Below are positions 38,837-49,182 of a stretch of DNA of 64,000 bases, one piece after another. Numbering within the stretch: the stretch's first letter is position 1; each line of letters begins with the position of its first letter. The DNA is from an uncultured Candidatus Saccharibacteria bacterium (GTDB taxonomy: Bacteria > Patescibacteriota > Minisyncoccia > Phycocordibacterales > UBA5272). The DNA lies in the NCBI GenBank assembly GCA_964348515.1, contig CAYGDA010000002.1:12752-76751 (forward strand). Direction: 5' to 3'. Position numbers and translations under genes: made by a program. The notes under the pieces were generated by a model. That model was not told where the DNA came from. It saw only the letters and a list, made by a program, of their open reading frames with translations, and searched no databases.

Positions 38837-39967
38837 ATGGCAAATTTCTTTGGGGATTTTTTTTCAAAATTAGTGGCTGAAAAAGAAAATAGCGTTCTTG
38901 GAATTGACATAGGAACTTCTTCAATAAAAATTGTTCAGTTAAAGCGAAAAGGGGGTAAGGCCGTGCTTGAAACCTACGGAGAACTTGCTCTCGGCCCGTA
39001 CGCGGGACTTGAGGTTGGACAGGCCACTCTCTTGTCCGAAGAAAAACTGACGGATGCGCTTAAAGATATTATGCGCGAGTCAAAAGTGACGACAAAGGAG
39101 GCCGGGATGGCCATTCCTTTCAGTTCCAGTCTTATTTCCCTTATAGAATTGCCTCAGGTTTCGGAAAAGGAGCTCGCGACAATGGTACCGATAGAAGCCA
39201 GAAAATATATCCCGGTGCCGATTACTGAAGTGTCGCTGGACTGGTGGCTTTTGCCTGAAGAGATACAGGATGCGTCTGAAGAAGAAATAGAAAAGAAAGA
39301 AAGTTCCGGCGTAGCCATCAAGAACCGCATTGAAGTTATGATAGCCGCAATACACAATGACGTTAACGCGCGCTACCAGTCTATTGTGAAAAAATTGGGA
39401 TTGGAGGGGGTTTTCTATGAGATAGAACTTTTCAGCACGCTCCGCGGAATTATAAGAAGGGAATTGGGGGCGCTCATGGTGGTTGATATCGGGGCCTCCA
39501 CTACTAAGGCATTTGTTTCAGAACGCGGGGTTTTAAGAAGTTCACATACGATAAATCGCGGATCTCAGGACATAACAGTAGCTCTTTCCCGCTCCATGAA
39601 TATTTCCATAAGAGAAGCAGAAGAATTAAAACGCAATTACGGTCTTATGGGACGCGCCGAGGACCCGGCGCTTCGGGACGTGGTTGTGTTATCCACAGAA
39701 TATATATTTTCGGAGGTATCCCGCATAGCGCTCAATTTCGAAAGGAGATATAATAAAGCCATACAGAAAATCGTATTTACGGGCGGAGGGGCGCTTCTGA
39801 AAGAATTTTTACACGAAGCGTCCAGGACGCTTGAGACGGAAGTGGTGCTCGGCAATCCATTTTCTGTTGTTGAGGCCCCGGCGTTTTTGGCGGACATATT
39901 GCGCGAGGCTGGTCCGGAGTTCGCAGTTGCCGTAGGTCTTGCTTTAAGAAAGCTAGAAGAAAATTAA
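38837..39967 (+). CDS. pilM: Type IV pilus assembly protein PilM
   Basis: Actin-like ATPase fold. VLGIDIGTSSIKIVQL. Confidence 0.8.
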   Translation: MANFFGDFFSKLVAEKENSVLGIDIGTSSIKIVQLKRKGGKAVLETYGELALGPYAGLEVGQATLLSEEKLTDALKDIMRESKVTTKEAGMAIPFSSSLISLIELPQVSEKELATMVPIEARKYIPVPITEVSLDWWLLPEEIQDASEEEIEKKESSGVAIKNRIEVMIAAIHNDVNARYQSIVKKLGLEGVFYEIELFSTLRGIIRRELGALMVVDIGASTTKAFVSERGVLRSSHTINRGSQDITVALSRSMNISIREAEELKRNYGLMGRAEDPALRDVVVLSTEYIFSEVSRIALNFERRYNKAIQKIVFTGGGALLKEFLHEASRTLETEVVLGNPFSVVEAPAFLADILREAGPEFAVAVGLALRKLEEN

Positions 39968-39975
39968 TCAAGGGT

Positions 39976-40605
39976 ATGGAATTTCCAGCATCGTTCATTC
40001 CTAAAAAAACAATAGAAGAATCGCCAATCCGCCGCTCCTCGGCAGACTTTTTTACCGTTGTATCGACTATAGTTTTTTTGGTGTCAGTTCTGGGGCTTGT
40101 CGGGACGATTCTTGCGGAAAAGTATTATAAAAACAATATTTCCAAACTTGACGTAACCATTCAGAGAGAAGATAAGGCTTTTGATGAAAAAGCTATCGCT
40201 GAGCTTGATTCGCTTAGTAAACGTTTAGCTATAGTAAATGACCTTTTGTCAAAAGGGCATCACCCGTTGGTTTCCCGTATTTTCATATTACTGGAGAATG
40301 ACACACTGAAAAACGTTTATTATTCAACTTTCAGTTATAAACTGGATGAAATAAACGGAGTCCGCAGAGTTGTTTTGAAACTGGACGGGCAGGCCCGCGA
40401 CTATGCGTCCATAGCCATGCAATCTGAGATATTCCGGGCCAGCCCTTTCATAATAGACCATTCCTTTTCCGGGTTGGAAAACGGCAAGGGAGGTATAGTT
40501 TTTTCTCTTGTAATTCTGGTGAATCCCGACATTTTTAAATACGAAGAAGTTTCTGAAGATTCAATTTCGTTCAATTATGCCGGACAGGCGAAATTAAAAT
40601 TATAA
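39976..40605 (+). CDS. pilN: PilN-like pilus assembly protein
   Basis: Single N-terminal TM plus a periplasmic domain, at the expected position in the pilMNO order. Confidence 0.55.
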   Translation: MEFPASFIPKKTIEESPIRRSSADFFTVVSTIVFLVSVLGLVGTILAEKYYKNNISKLDVTIQREDKAFDEKAIAELDSLSKRLAIVNDLLSKGHHPLVSRIFILLENDTLKNVYYSTFSYKLDEINGVRRVVLKLDGQARDYASIAMQSEIFRASPFIIDHSFSGLENGKGGIVFSLVILVNPDIFKYEEVSEDSISFNYAGQAKLKL

Positions 40606-40610
40606 ACACC

Positions 40611-41162
40611 ATGTTCCGAGTAATTTTTAACACCCTTCTTATAGTCACGGCCGTCACGCTTTTTCTTATTTTTACCAGACCCCAGTATGATTCTTTGAGC
40701 AAGCTTCGCAGCACACTTTCGTCCAGGAATGACGTCGTTAATAATTCCGGCGCGCTCAAAGATGAGTTGCGCAAAAAACAGGCGGCCAAGAGCAGTATTG
40801 ATATAAACCTGATTGATAGACTCAACAAAATTGTTCCGGCCGACGTTGATTCCGTGTTTTTGATTATAGAAGTTGACGACTTGGCCCGTCGTTACGGGAT
40901 GTCTCTGAAAAGTCCGCGGTTTAGTTCTAAAGACGTGGTGTCTGACACCAGAGGTTTTCAGACAATAGATACAAAGCCGTATAATGTGTTTACTTTTGAA
41001 TTCGTGGTCGACGGTTCGTACGATAATTTTATGGAATTTTTGAGGGATGTGGAGCGCAATATGCGTTTATTTGACGTGACGGCAGTTTCCTTTATGACTC
41101 CGGAAAAAGGTAACACAATATCTTTCCGCGTTTCTCTAAACACCTACTGGCTTAAAAAATAA
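40611..41162 (+). CDS. pilO: PilO-like pilus assembly protein
   Basis: Single TM and a coiled coil, with conserved position. Confidence 0.5.
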   Translation: MFRVIFNTLLIVTAVTLFLIFTRPQYDSLSKLRSTLSSRNDVVNNSGALKDELRKKQAAKSSIDINLIDRLNKIVPADVDSVFLIIEVDDLARRYGMSLKSPRFSSKDVVSDTRGFQTIDTKPYNVFTFEFVVDGSYDNFMEFLRDVERNMRLFDVTAVSFMTPEKGNTISFRVSLNTYWLKK

Positions 41163-41170
41163 AAAGTATT

Positions 41171-41608
41171 ATGGAAAACATCTTGGAATATCTGAAGAAA
41201 TACAAAAATATAGCGGTGTTCTTGGCTATTTTCCTGGCGGCTTTTTATGCTTACAGGTTTATTACGGGGAATTTCCGCTCGTCGTCGACTCCCGCCGTTC
41301 AGACCGTAGTGAATGTGTCGACAGAGCTTTCTCCGGATGCGACAATTGCGGAGAAGTTCGTGGAACGCCTCCAGAGACTGCGGGCGGTTCAGATTGATAA
41401 GGCAAATCAGGCGGTATTCAGTAAAAAATTATTTTCTGATTTGCGTGAGCACCAGCCCCTTACAATATCTGCCGATCAAACCGAGAGGAGGAAAAACAAT
41501 CCTTTTGTCGGGGTGCCGGTGAAAGAAACGGTTATCCCGGAGGAATTAGTCGAACCCTCGACACCCTCCGGGACCGCAATACCGGCAAGTTTGAGGCGTG
41601 TTCAGTAG
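41171..41608 (+). CDS. Hypothetical membrane-anchored protein in the pilMNO-pilB operon (PilP-position)
   Basis: N-terminal TM plus a Pro-rich C-terminus. Confidence 0.35.
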   Translation: MENILEYLKKYKNIAVFLAIFLAAFYAYRFITGNFRSSSTPAVQTVVNVSTELSPDATIAEKFVERLQRLRAVQIDKANQAVFSKKLFSDLREHQPLTISADQTERRKNNPFVGVPVKETVIPEELVEPSTPSGTAIPASLRRVQ

Positions 41609-41733
41609 CTGAAATACCGGCGTTGGTTCTTGGTCATGGTGAGACATATGCAAAAAATAAAGGTCGAATAGACAAAATTGATGTTATGAACCGCCGGTTA
41701 TGAATGCGGACTTAATACAAAACACAAATATAA

Positions 41734-43482
41734 ATGAGTTTAATAATAGACGAGCTTATAAGGGAAGGATATCTTACGCAGAAGGCCGGTAAAGAGGTAA
41801 TAGAGGAAATAAATACGTCGGAAACCCCTAAGACGGTTGATGAGATACTGCTTGGTCGCGGCATTTCCAAGGAGCTCATTCTTTCCACCAGAAGTAAAAT
41901 TCTAAACGTTCCTTTCCGGACAATTGATTTGGCCAGTTTCAGTCCGGAAATATTGAAATACGTTCCCGAGGAATCGGCGTTCTATTACCGCTTTGTGCCG
42001 CTTGGAGTTAAAGACGGGGTGCTTGAAGTGGGAATGGTTGATCCGGAATCTCTGCCCAGCCGCGACGCTCTGCAGTTTATTTCCTCCCGTTTAGGTGTCC
42101 CGTATAAAATTTTTCTTATTGCCGACGACGATTTTCAGGAAATCATAAAGAATTACAAAGGTCTCACTGGAGAGATAGACAAAGCGCTTGGCGAGTTTGA
42201 TTCAGGGTCTCTAAAGGCTGATTTACTGTCCCAAATCGTAAAGAATGATGATATAAGCGCGGTTACTGTAAATGCTGAAGGGGTGGATGTAAAAATATCG
42301 GAGGACGCGCCTATTACTAAGATCGTTTCAGTTATTATACGTCACGCCATAGAAGGCAATGCTTCTGATATACACATAGAGCACGTCGGTGATTCGGTGC
42401 GCGTACGTTTCCGCGTTGACGGTGTTTTGTTCACAAGCCTTGTCCTTCCGACTTTAGTGCACGGGGCGGTTGTGGCCCGTATAAAAATATTGGCTAATTT
42501 AAAGCTTGATGAAAAACGCAAGCCCCAGGACGGTCGTTTTTCTTCCATTCTGGACGAAAAACGCATAGACTTCCGCGTTTCAACTTTTCCTTCCTATTAC
42601 GGAGAGAAAGTTGAAATCCGCGTTCTGGACTCATTTCATGGGGTTAAGCCCCTTGATGCTGTAGGTCTTGATGAGTACAGCATGCAGATAGTGCGGGACG
42701 CCCTCCAAAGGCCGTATGGACTGATACTGCTTTGCGGACCAACGGGTTCAGGAAAAACCACAACCCTCTATTCAATGTTGAATGAGCTTGACCGCGAAAA
42801 GCGTAATGTTGTTTCTTTGGAAGATCCAGTGGAATATAACATTTCAAACATAAGCCAATCGCAAATTATGCCGGAGATTGGATACACCTTTGCCACGGGA
42901 CTGCGTTCAATTTTGCGCCAAGATCCTGACGTCATAATGGTCGGAGAAATACGCGACAAGGAAACGGCTAAACTCGCCATTCAGGCGGCTCTTACCGGAC
43001 ACCTGGTATTTTCCACAATCCACACCAATACCGCTGTAGGTGTCATTCCACGCCTTATTGATATGGAGGTGGACCCGTTTTTGATAGCCCCGACTCTTAT
43101 AATGGCCATGGGACAGCGTCTTGTGCGCAAAATCTGCCCCACTTCCAAGCGCGCTATTCCACTCGAAGGCAGCATGAGAAAAATGATTGACGAGGAATTT
43201 GCCGATTTGCCGGAAGAAGCCCGCAAAAGATTGCCGCTTGATGCCAAGGAAATTTATGACGTGGAACCGTCCCCGGAGTGCTCATCCGGTACCCGCGGTC
43301 GTATGGCCGTGTTTGAGATACTCAAGGTCGATAAAGACATAGAAAAGGTTATTTTGACCAGCGGCTCCGATCAGGATATTTGGAAGATGGCTCGGCAGAA
43401 GGGAATGACCACGATGAAAGAAGATGCGCTTATAAAGAGTATACGCGGGGAAGTGCCTTTCACGGAAGCAAATTACTTGTAA
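41734..43482 (+). CDS. pilB: Type IV pilus assembly ATPase PilB (GspE family)
   Basis: T2SSE_N domain, Walker A GPTGSGKTTT, Asp box and a tetracysteine CPTS...C. Confidence 0.85.
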   Translation: MSLIIDELIREGYLTQKAGKEVIEEINTSETPKTVDEILLGRGISKELILSTRSKILNVPFRTIDLASFSPEILKYVPEESAFYYRFVPLGVKDGVLEVGMVDPESLPSRDALQFISSRLGVPYKIFLIADDDFQEIIKNYKGLTGEIDKALGEFDSGSLKADLLSQIVKNDDISAVTVNAEGVDVKISEDAPITKIVSVIIRHAIEGNASDIHIEHVGDSVRVRFRVDGVLFTSLVLPTLVHGAVVARIKILANLKLDEKRKPQDGRFSSILDEKRIDFRVSTFPSYYGEKVEIRVLDSFHGVKPLDAVGLDEYSMQIVRDALQRPYGLILLCGPTGSGKTTTLYSMLNELDREKRNVVSLEDPVEYNISNISQSQIMPEIGYTFATGLRSILRQDPDVIMVGEIRDKETAKLAIQAALTGHLVFSTIHTNTAVGVIPRLIDMEVDPFLIAPTLIMAMGQRLVRKICPTSKRAIPLEGSMRKMIDEEFADLPEEARKRLPLDAKEIYDVEPSPECSSGTRGRMAVFEILKVDKDIEKVILTSGSDQDIWKMARQKGMTTMKEDALIKSIRGEVPFTEANYL

Positions 43483-43518
43483 GAGAGAGTGTTTGGCTAG
43501 TATACTTCTACTAACAAC

Positions 43519-43920
43519 ATGGCAAAAGAAGAAAAAAAGACAATTCTTATAACCGATGACGATACTTTTTTGCTGGACATGTATGCCCTTAAATTTTCAG
43601 AGAACGGGTTCCAGGTAATTTCCTGTTTGGGAAGCCATGCGGCGTTGGAAAAATTCCGCGAGGGTACTATTCCTCATATAGCGCTTTTGGATATTGTTAT
43701 GCCTGCTATGGACGGATTTGAGCTTCTGGAAACACTAAACAGAGAAGGGTTGGGCAAAAGCACGGTTAAAATTTTTCTGTCCAACCGCGGCCAGGCTGAG
43801 GATGTTGCCCGTGGCAGGGAACTGGGAGCAGCCGGTTATATTATAAAGGCAACGGCTACCCCTTCCGAGGTGGTAAAAAAAGTCATGGACATTTTCAATA
43901 TGAATAACGGTTCCAAATAA
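43519..43920 (+). CDS. Stand-alone receiver-domain response regulator (CheY/PilH-like)
   Basis: ILITDDD...LLDIVMPAMDG...K. 133 aa. Confidence 0.8.
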   Translation: MAKEEKKTILITDDDTFLLDMYALKFSENGFQVISCLGSHAALEKFREGTIPHIALLDIVMPAMDGFELLETLNREGLGKSTVKIFLSNRGQAEDVARGRELGAAGYIIKATATPSEVVKKVMDIFNMNNGSK

Positions 43921-43922
43921 AC

Positions 43923-44978
43923 ATGAATTATAAAAAACAAATTGAAGATTTGATTGTGCTTATGGTAAAGGAGGGAGCCTCTGATCTTCATGTGGTTGCC
44001 GGGGAAAAGCCGTCTCTCCGGATTTCCGGAGAATTGGTGCTTCTTGTCAAATATGAGGAAATTTCAAAGGAAGAATCATTGTTACTGATAAAGGAATTAT
44101 TGACGGAAGTACAATTTAAGAAATTCATCGAAAATCAGGAATGTGATTTTTCTTACGAGTTCGGTGAGTACCGCCTGCGCGGAAACGTCTATTTCCAGCG
44201 CGGCGCCGCCGGTCTGGCTTTGCGTCTAATTCCAAAAGTTAAAACTCTGGCTGAACTTAACCTCCCTCCGATATTGGAGACATTTGCCGCAAAGAAACAG
44301 GGTTTTTTCCTCGTGGTTGGGCCGGTGGGACAGGGAAAATCCACCACTCTGGCTTCCATGGTAATGCTTATAAACAATGAACGCCGCAAGCACATTATTA
44401 CCGTTGAAGACCCGATAGAATATATCTACCCGAAAGGAAAATCCATTATAGACCAGCGCGAAGTCGGGATTGATACAAAAGATTTCAAAACAGGCCTGAC
44501 GTCGGCTTTTCGGCAGGACGTGGACGTCATTCTCATAGGTGAAATGCGCGATTTGGAGACCATCTCCACCGCTGTTACGGCGGCCGAAACCGGGCATTTG
44601 GTTTTTTCCACTTTGCACACTAATTCCGCGGCCCAGACCATTGACCGAATAATAGATTCTTTCCCGGCCAGTCAGCAGGATCAAATCCGCATTCAGCTTG
44701 CGGCAAGCTTGCTTGGTGTTTTCTCGCAGCGCCTTGTCCCGCGTGTATCCGGCGGACTTCTTCCCGCATACGAGCTTCTCATAAACAATAATGCCGTGTC
44801 TAATCTGATAAGGGAGAGCCGCACGAACGAACTAAATCTGGTCATTGAAACGGGTACCGAAAGCGGAATGATTGATTTGAACCGTTCGCTTGTGGAGCTC
44901 GTGCGCAGGGGAGAAGTCACGGTCGAGACTGCATACGCGTATGCTTCCGATCCGCATGCCCTGGAAAGGCTTCTTTAA
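43923..44978 (+). CDS. pilT: Twitching-motility retraction ATPase PilT
   Basis: Walker A GPVGQGKSTT and the AIRNLIRE-like motif NLIRESRT. Confidence 0.85.
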   Translation: MNYKKQIEDLIVLMVKEGASDLHVVAGEKPSLRISGELVLLVKYEEISKEESLLLIKELLTEVQFKKFIENQECDFSYEFGEYRLRGNVYFQRGAAGLALRLIPKVKTLAELNLPPILETFAAKKQGFFLVVGPVGQGKSTTLASMVMLINNERRKHIITVEDPIEYIYPKGKSIIDQREVGIDTKDFKTGLTSAFRQDVDVILIGEMRDLETISTAVTAAETGHLVFSTLHTNSAAQTIDRIIDSFPASQQDQIRIQLAASLLGVFSQRLVPRVSGGLLPAYELLINNNAVSNLIRESRTNELNLVIETGTESGMIDLNRSLVELVRRGEVTVETAYAYASDPHALERLL

Positions 44979-44981
44979 AAA

Positions 44982-46196
44982 ATGATTTTTGACTATAAAG
45001 TTATAACCGCAGACGGGGAACAGAAAACCGGTTCTGTTGACGCTATTTCTAAAGACGTTGCCATATCTTCCCTCCAACGGCGTGATTTTGTTATAGCTTC
45101 GCTTACCGAGCGGGGCGGTATGAATGCATTCATGCTCCTCCTCTCCAGAATTCATCTTTTTGATAAGGTTAGTGACAGGGATGTTGTTTTGCTTTCACGC
45201 CAGCTGGCCACTCTTTTCGAGTCTGGCGTTTCCGCTCTGAAGGCTTTTCGGATGCTTGCTTCCGATTCAGAGAATGCCGCTGTGCGTGACAGTCTCACTC
45301 TGATAGCCGATGACATACAATCTGGGCTCTCTATTTCCGGCGCTCTTAACAAATTTCCGTCAATTTTTTCTTCTTTTTACGTGAATATGGTGCGTGCCGG
45401 AGAAGAAGCGGGGAAGCTCAATGAGATATTTGCTTTCTTGGCGGATTATTTGGATCGCACGGATGAACTTACCGCCAAGACCAAAAATGCTTTTATATAC
45501 CCCCTCTTTGTTATATTTACATTCATAATAGTTGTTGTGCTTATGCTTACATTGGTTATTCCCAAACTCTCGGAGATACTTCTGGCGTCAGGCCAGGAAA
45601 TACCTTTCTATACGCAGGTTGTTATAGGAATGAGCAAGGTTTTTACTGACTATGGAGTTTTTCTGGTTCTTTTCTTCACGTGTTTCGGATTTTATATATG
45701 GTGGACCAGGCGTGGCATGGGGGAAGAGCATTATGTTGACGACTTTAAATTAAGCTTCCCTTACATAAACCAGATTTACCGCAAGCTGTATTTGGCGCGC
45801 ATAGCCGATAACTTGGATACAATGCTCTCCGCCGGAATTCCAATAGTCCGTGCCCTGGAGATAACTTCCACGGTTGTGGGTAATAAGGTTTTTGAAGACA
45901 TGCTCCTAAAGGCTAGGGAAAAGGTAAGAAGCGGAACCCTTCTCTCGGAAGCTTTAGCGCAAAATTCTGAAATACCGGCGGTTATGATACAGATGATTAG
46001 AGTGGGTGAAGAAACGGGTAAGCTTGGAAATGTCCTTAAAAATCTGGCTAAATTTTACCAGCGCGAAGTTTTTTCCACTGTGGACGGTCTTATTGGCCTC
46101 ATTGAGCCTGTCATGGTGGTCGCTTTAGGCCTTGCTGTCGGGATTCTTCTTGTTTCTGTCCTTATTCCCATATATAACATTGCCGGAAGTCTGTAA
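44982..46196 (+). CDS. pilC: Type IV pilus platform protein PilC (GspF family)
   Basis: Two GspF repeats, 3-4 TM, 404 aa. Confidence 0.85.
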   Translation: MIFDYKVITADGEQKTGSVDAISKDVAISSLQRRDFVIASLTERGGMNAFMLLLSRIHLFDKVSDRDVVLLSRQLATLFESGVSALKAFRMLASDSENAAVRDSLTLIADDIQSGLSISGALNKFPSIFSSFYVNMVRAGEEAGKLNEIFAFLADYLDRTDELTAKTKNAFIYPLFVIFTFIIVVVLMLTLVIPKLSEILLASGQEIPFYTQVVIGMSKVFTDYGVFLVLFFTCFGFYIWWTRRGMGEEHYVDDFKLSFPYINQIYRKLYLARIADNLDTMLSAGIPIVRALEITSTVVGNKVFEDMLLKAREKVRSGTLLSEALAQNSEIPAVMIQMIRVGEETGKLGNVLKNLAKFYQREVFSTVDGLIGLIEPVMVVALGLAVGILLVSVLIPIYNIAGSL

Positions 46197-46329
46197 TTTT
46201 GAGTAATTCACACCCCCGCTTGCGGAAAAATAAGGGGTTTATGGTATACTGTGGATAGCCTTAAAAATAAGTTTATTATCTAAATTGAGAGTACTTTCCC
46301 TCTGATAAGGCGAGAGGCAAAGCAACAGT

Positions 46330-46737
46330 ATGTCAAAGAAATATCAAAAAGGGTTTACCCTCATCGAACTTCTCGTAGTTATCGCCATAATCGGCATTCT
46401 TTCCTCGGTTGTTCTGGCGTCGCTTAACAACGCACGCAACAAGGGATCGGACGCCAATATCAAGGCTAATCTCGCCAATTCGCGCGCGCAGGCCGAGCTT
46501 TACTACGATTCAAGCGGAAATACCTACGCAGGTGTTTGTACGGCGGCTTCCGGTGTTTTGAACATGAAGACCGGCGCAGCGCAGCAGTCAGCCGCAGTCG
46601 CATGTAATGACTCAGCTACGGCTTGGGCCATGTCGGCTCAACTTAAGTCAAATACAGCCCAGTATTGGTGTGTTGACTCAACCGGTACGTCTACGCTTAA
46701 AGCAGCTGGTGTAGGTGCCGCGACAGCTTGCCCCTAG
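46330..46737 (+). CDS. Type IV major pilin, paralogue 1
   Basis: Class III signal KG|FTLIELLVVIAIIGIL and a C-terminal disulfide loop (C...CP). Confidence 0.85.
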   Translation: MSKKYQKGFTLIELLVVIAIIGILSSVVLASLNNARNKGSDANIKANLANSRAQAELYYDSSGNTYAGVCTAASGVLNMKTGAAQQSAAVACNDSATAWAMSAQLKSNTAQYWCVDSTGTSTLKAAGVGAATACP

Positions 46738-46766
46738 TAGTACAGTTTTAGTTTGGTTCTCGTCAC

Positions 46767-46790
46767 AAAACCGCCCATGGGCGGTTTTGT
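46767..46790 (+). terminator. Intrinsic terminator after pilin 1
   Basis: aaaaccgccca-tgggcggtttt palindromic hairpin plus T-run. Confidence 0.6.
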
Positions 46791-46850
46791 AATTGACCGG
46801 ATTTTTCGTGATACAATATATTCATTATAAAATAGGCAAAAAGCATTTTT

Positions 46851-47255
46851 ATGAAAACAAATTTCCGCGCGGGGTTCACTCTGATAGAACTTCTCGTAGT
46901 CATAGCCATAATCGGCATTCTTTCCCAAGTTGTTCTTGCGTCCGTTAATTCAGCGCGGGCCAAGGCGGTGGACGCTAAGATTAAAGCCACTTTGGCCAAT
47001 TCGCGTGCTCAGGCCGAAAATTATCATGATTCAAACGGTAATGTTTATTCCGGAGTATGCACAGACGGAACAGGTGTTCTTAACATGAAAACCGGAGCGG
47101 CGGAACAGTCTGCAAGCGTAACCTGCAATGACAGTGCTGACGCTTGGGCTATGTCGGCTCAACTTAAGTCCGATATAACGCAATACTGGTGTGTTGACTC
47201 AACCGGTACTTCCACACAGAAGGAAGCGGTCTTGGATACGGCGACAAACTGCTAA
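46851..47255 (+). CDS. Type IV major pilin, paralogue 2
   Basis: AG|FTLIELLVVIAIIGIL. The N-terminal 50 aa and C-terminal 40 aa are near-identical to paralogue 1, and the middle is divergent. Confidence 0.85.
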   Translation: MKTNFRAGFTLIELLVVIAIIGILSQVVLASVNSARAKAVDAKIKATLANSRAQAENYHDSNGNVYSGVCTDGTGVLNMKTGAAEQSASVTCNDSADAWAMSAQLKSDITQYWCVDSTGTSTQKEAVLDTATNC

Positions 47256-47304
47256 ATTTCTTATGCATTCAAAAACAAAAACAGGACGGAAGGAGTTTCC
47301 TTTA

Positions 47305-47772
47305 GTGTCCGAATTCATTTCAGCGCGTGGGTTTACCCTCATCGAACTTCTCGTAGTTATCGCCATAATCGGCATTCTTTCTTCGGTTGTTCTGGCGTCG
47401 CTCTCAGGCGCGCGCAAACGCGGAGGTGATTCCGCCATAAAACAAAATCTCTCCAACATGCGCGCGCAGGCGGAGATGTTTTATGACATTACCAATCAGA
47501 CTTATGGGAATACATTCCCAATCGGGGCCTGCAGTACGGCTGTCGCGGGAAGTATTTTCGCCACCTCCACCGTTGCCGGAATGCTCGTGTCCGCGGGTAA
47601 AGCAAGCGGAGGCAACGGCATGAACGTAGGGACTTGTCAGGCAACGGCCGGTACGTGGTCGGCGTCAGTGCCTTTGTATTCCGACCCGACAAAAAGTTGG
47701 TGTGTTGATAATCAGGGTAATTCCAAACAGATAAACGGTCCCATAACCGGGGGAAGTCCGTATTGTCCATAA
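47305..47772 (+). CDS. Type IV pilin, paralogue 3
   Basis: GTG start with SD AGGAG 9 nt upstream gives the leader MSEFISARG|FTLIELLVVIAIIGIL. The track ORF starts farther upstream at 47191 inside pilin 2. C-terminal CP. Confidence 0.7.
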   Translation: MSEFISARGFTLIELLVVIAIIGILSSVVLASLSGARKRGGDSAIKQNLSNMRAQAEMFYDITNQTYGNTFPIGACSTAVAGSIFATSTVAGMLVSAGKASGGNGMNVGTCQATAGTWSASVPLYSDPTKSWCVDNQGNSKQINGPITGGSPYCP

Positions 47773-48563
47773 TGATGGCTGGCTTTACAGGCCTGTTATT
47801 AGCCTTTTTGTTCGGCACCGTTGTTGGCAGTTTTTTGAATGTGGTGTCGCTCCGGCTTCATTCCGGTGTTTCTTTGGGAGGCCGCTCTTTTTGTTTTTCC
47901 TGCGGCAAGAAATTGAACTGGTTTGAACTTGTCCCATTATTCAGTTTTTTGGTTCAATCCGGCAGGTGCCGCGGCTGCGGTGCGAGAATTTCTCCGCAAT
48001 ATCCTCTGATTGAAGGACTGACAGGTTTGGTTTTCGCTTCCGTGTTTTATAAATTTGCCGTTGCGGGATTGTTTGATATACCGGGGTTTGTTTTGGCACT
48101 TACGTTTTTTTCGTTTTTTATAGTGCTCATCCCGTACGATTTGCGGCATCTCATTGTTCCCAATGAATTCGTGTATCCGCTTATCGGAATTTCAATCGTA
48201 TCTCTTTTTTGGGGGGAGTATCCGTCGTTTCCGCCGACCTCATATTTACTTAGTGGTCCTATAGTTGCTCTTTTGCCATTTTGCCTTCATTTTTTTTCAA
48301 AGGGCCGATGGATTGGTTTTGGTGACATAAAATTGTTTCTGGCTGCCGGGTGGTTTTTGCCTTTTCCACAGGCGGTTTCCGCCTTCCTCCTTTCTTTCTG
48401 GATAGGGGCGGCCTTTTCCGTGCTGCTTATTTTAAGGAAATCTGCTCATCTGAAAACAGCCGTGCCTTTCGGACCTTTTATTTTTGCGGGCGTATTCTTG
48501 GCGTTTGTTTTACGTCTTGATATTGTACATATAGCAGATTTACTTTCTTCCTATGGCTCATAG
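47763..48563 (+). CDS. pilD: Prepilin peptidase PilD (A24 family)
   Basis: Tetracysteine CFSCGKKL...CRGCG plus polytopic topology. Confidence 0.85.
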   Translation: MSIMMAGFTGLLLAFLFGTVVGSFLNVVSLRLHSGVSLGGRSFCFSCGKKLNWFELVPLFSFLVQSGRCRGCGARISPQYPLIEGLTGLVFASVFYKFAVAGLFDIPGFVLALTFFSFFIVLIPYDLRHLIVPNEFVYPLIGISIVSLFWGEYPSFPPTSYLLSGPIVALLPFCLHFFSKGRWIGFGDIKLFLAAGWFLPFPQAVSAFLLSFWIGAAFSVLLILRKSAHLKTAVPFGPFIFAGVFLAFVLRLDIVHIADLLSSYGS

Positions 48564-49176
48564 ATTCAAAAAAACAAAAATATACAGTTATGGATTTAGT
48601 CTGACTGAATTTGTCGTGGCCATAGGCATTTTTCTGATGGTTGGTTCAGTACTCATGTTTAATTATCCCGAGCTTAACAACCGCTCTTCGCTTGACGGAG
48701 TGGCGCATCAAATAGCGCTGGATCTGCGCCAAGTGCAGTTGTTCGGAACCTCCGTAAAAGAAACCGGTCAGGGGACAGGGGTGTTTCCCGGTTACGGCCT
48801 GTATTTTTCTTCGGGCATGACGGCGGGATATATTTTGTTTGCCGATTCTGTGTCCGCGGACAAGCGTTATTCAGGCTCTTCGGAGCTTGTATCCACTACC
48901 AATATAACTACCGGGGAGACGATATCCGACATATGTGCGAATTTAAAGAGAGACGGAAAGATAGCCGGTGACCCGGGTTCATTTTGCAAATCCAGAGGGA
49001 GTCTGGACGCTGTCCATATTTCTTTTACAAGACCCAATCCGGACGCCACCATAACCTCAACATTGGGCGGAACCCCGACGGCCGTATCCGATGTTGAAAT
49101 TGTGATGTTGGGGAAAAGGGGGGATATAAAAAGAACCATAGTCGTATATCCAACCGGTCAGATTACGGTAGAATAA
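48553..49176 (+). CDS. Minor pilin / pseudopilin
   Basis: Prepilin N-terminus YG|FSLTEFVVAIGIFLMV. Confidence 0.7.
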   Translation: MAHRFKKTKIYSYGFSLTEFVVAIGIFLMVGSVLMFNYPELNNRSSLDGVAHQIALDLRQVQLFGTSVKETGQGTGVFPGYGLYFSSGMTAGYILFADSVSADKRYSGSSELVSTTNITTGETISDICANLKRDGKIAGDPGSFCKSRGSLDAVHISFTRPNPDATITSTLGGTPTAVSDVEIVMLGKRGDIKRTIVVYPTGQITVE

Positions 49177-49182
49177 GTATAT

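Noticed and set aside
47191-47304. Long N-terminal extension of pilin 3 overlapping pilin 2
   Set aside because: A GTG at 47305 with AGGAG 9 nt upstream gives a canonical 9-aa leader ending in G|FTLIE. Prepilin leaders are short.
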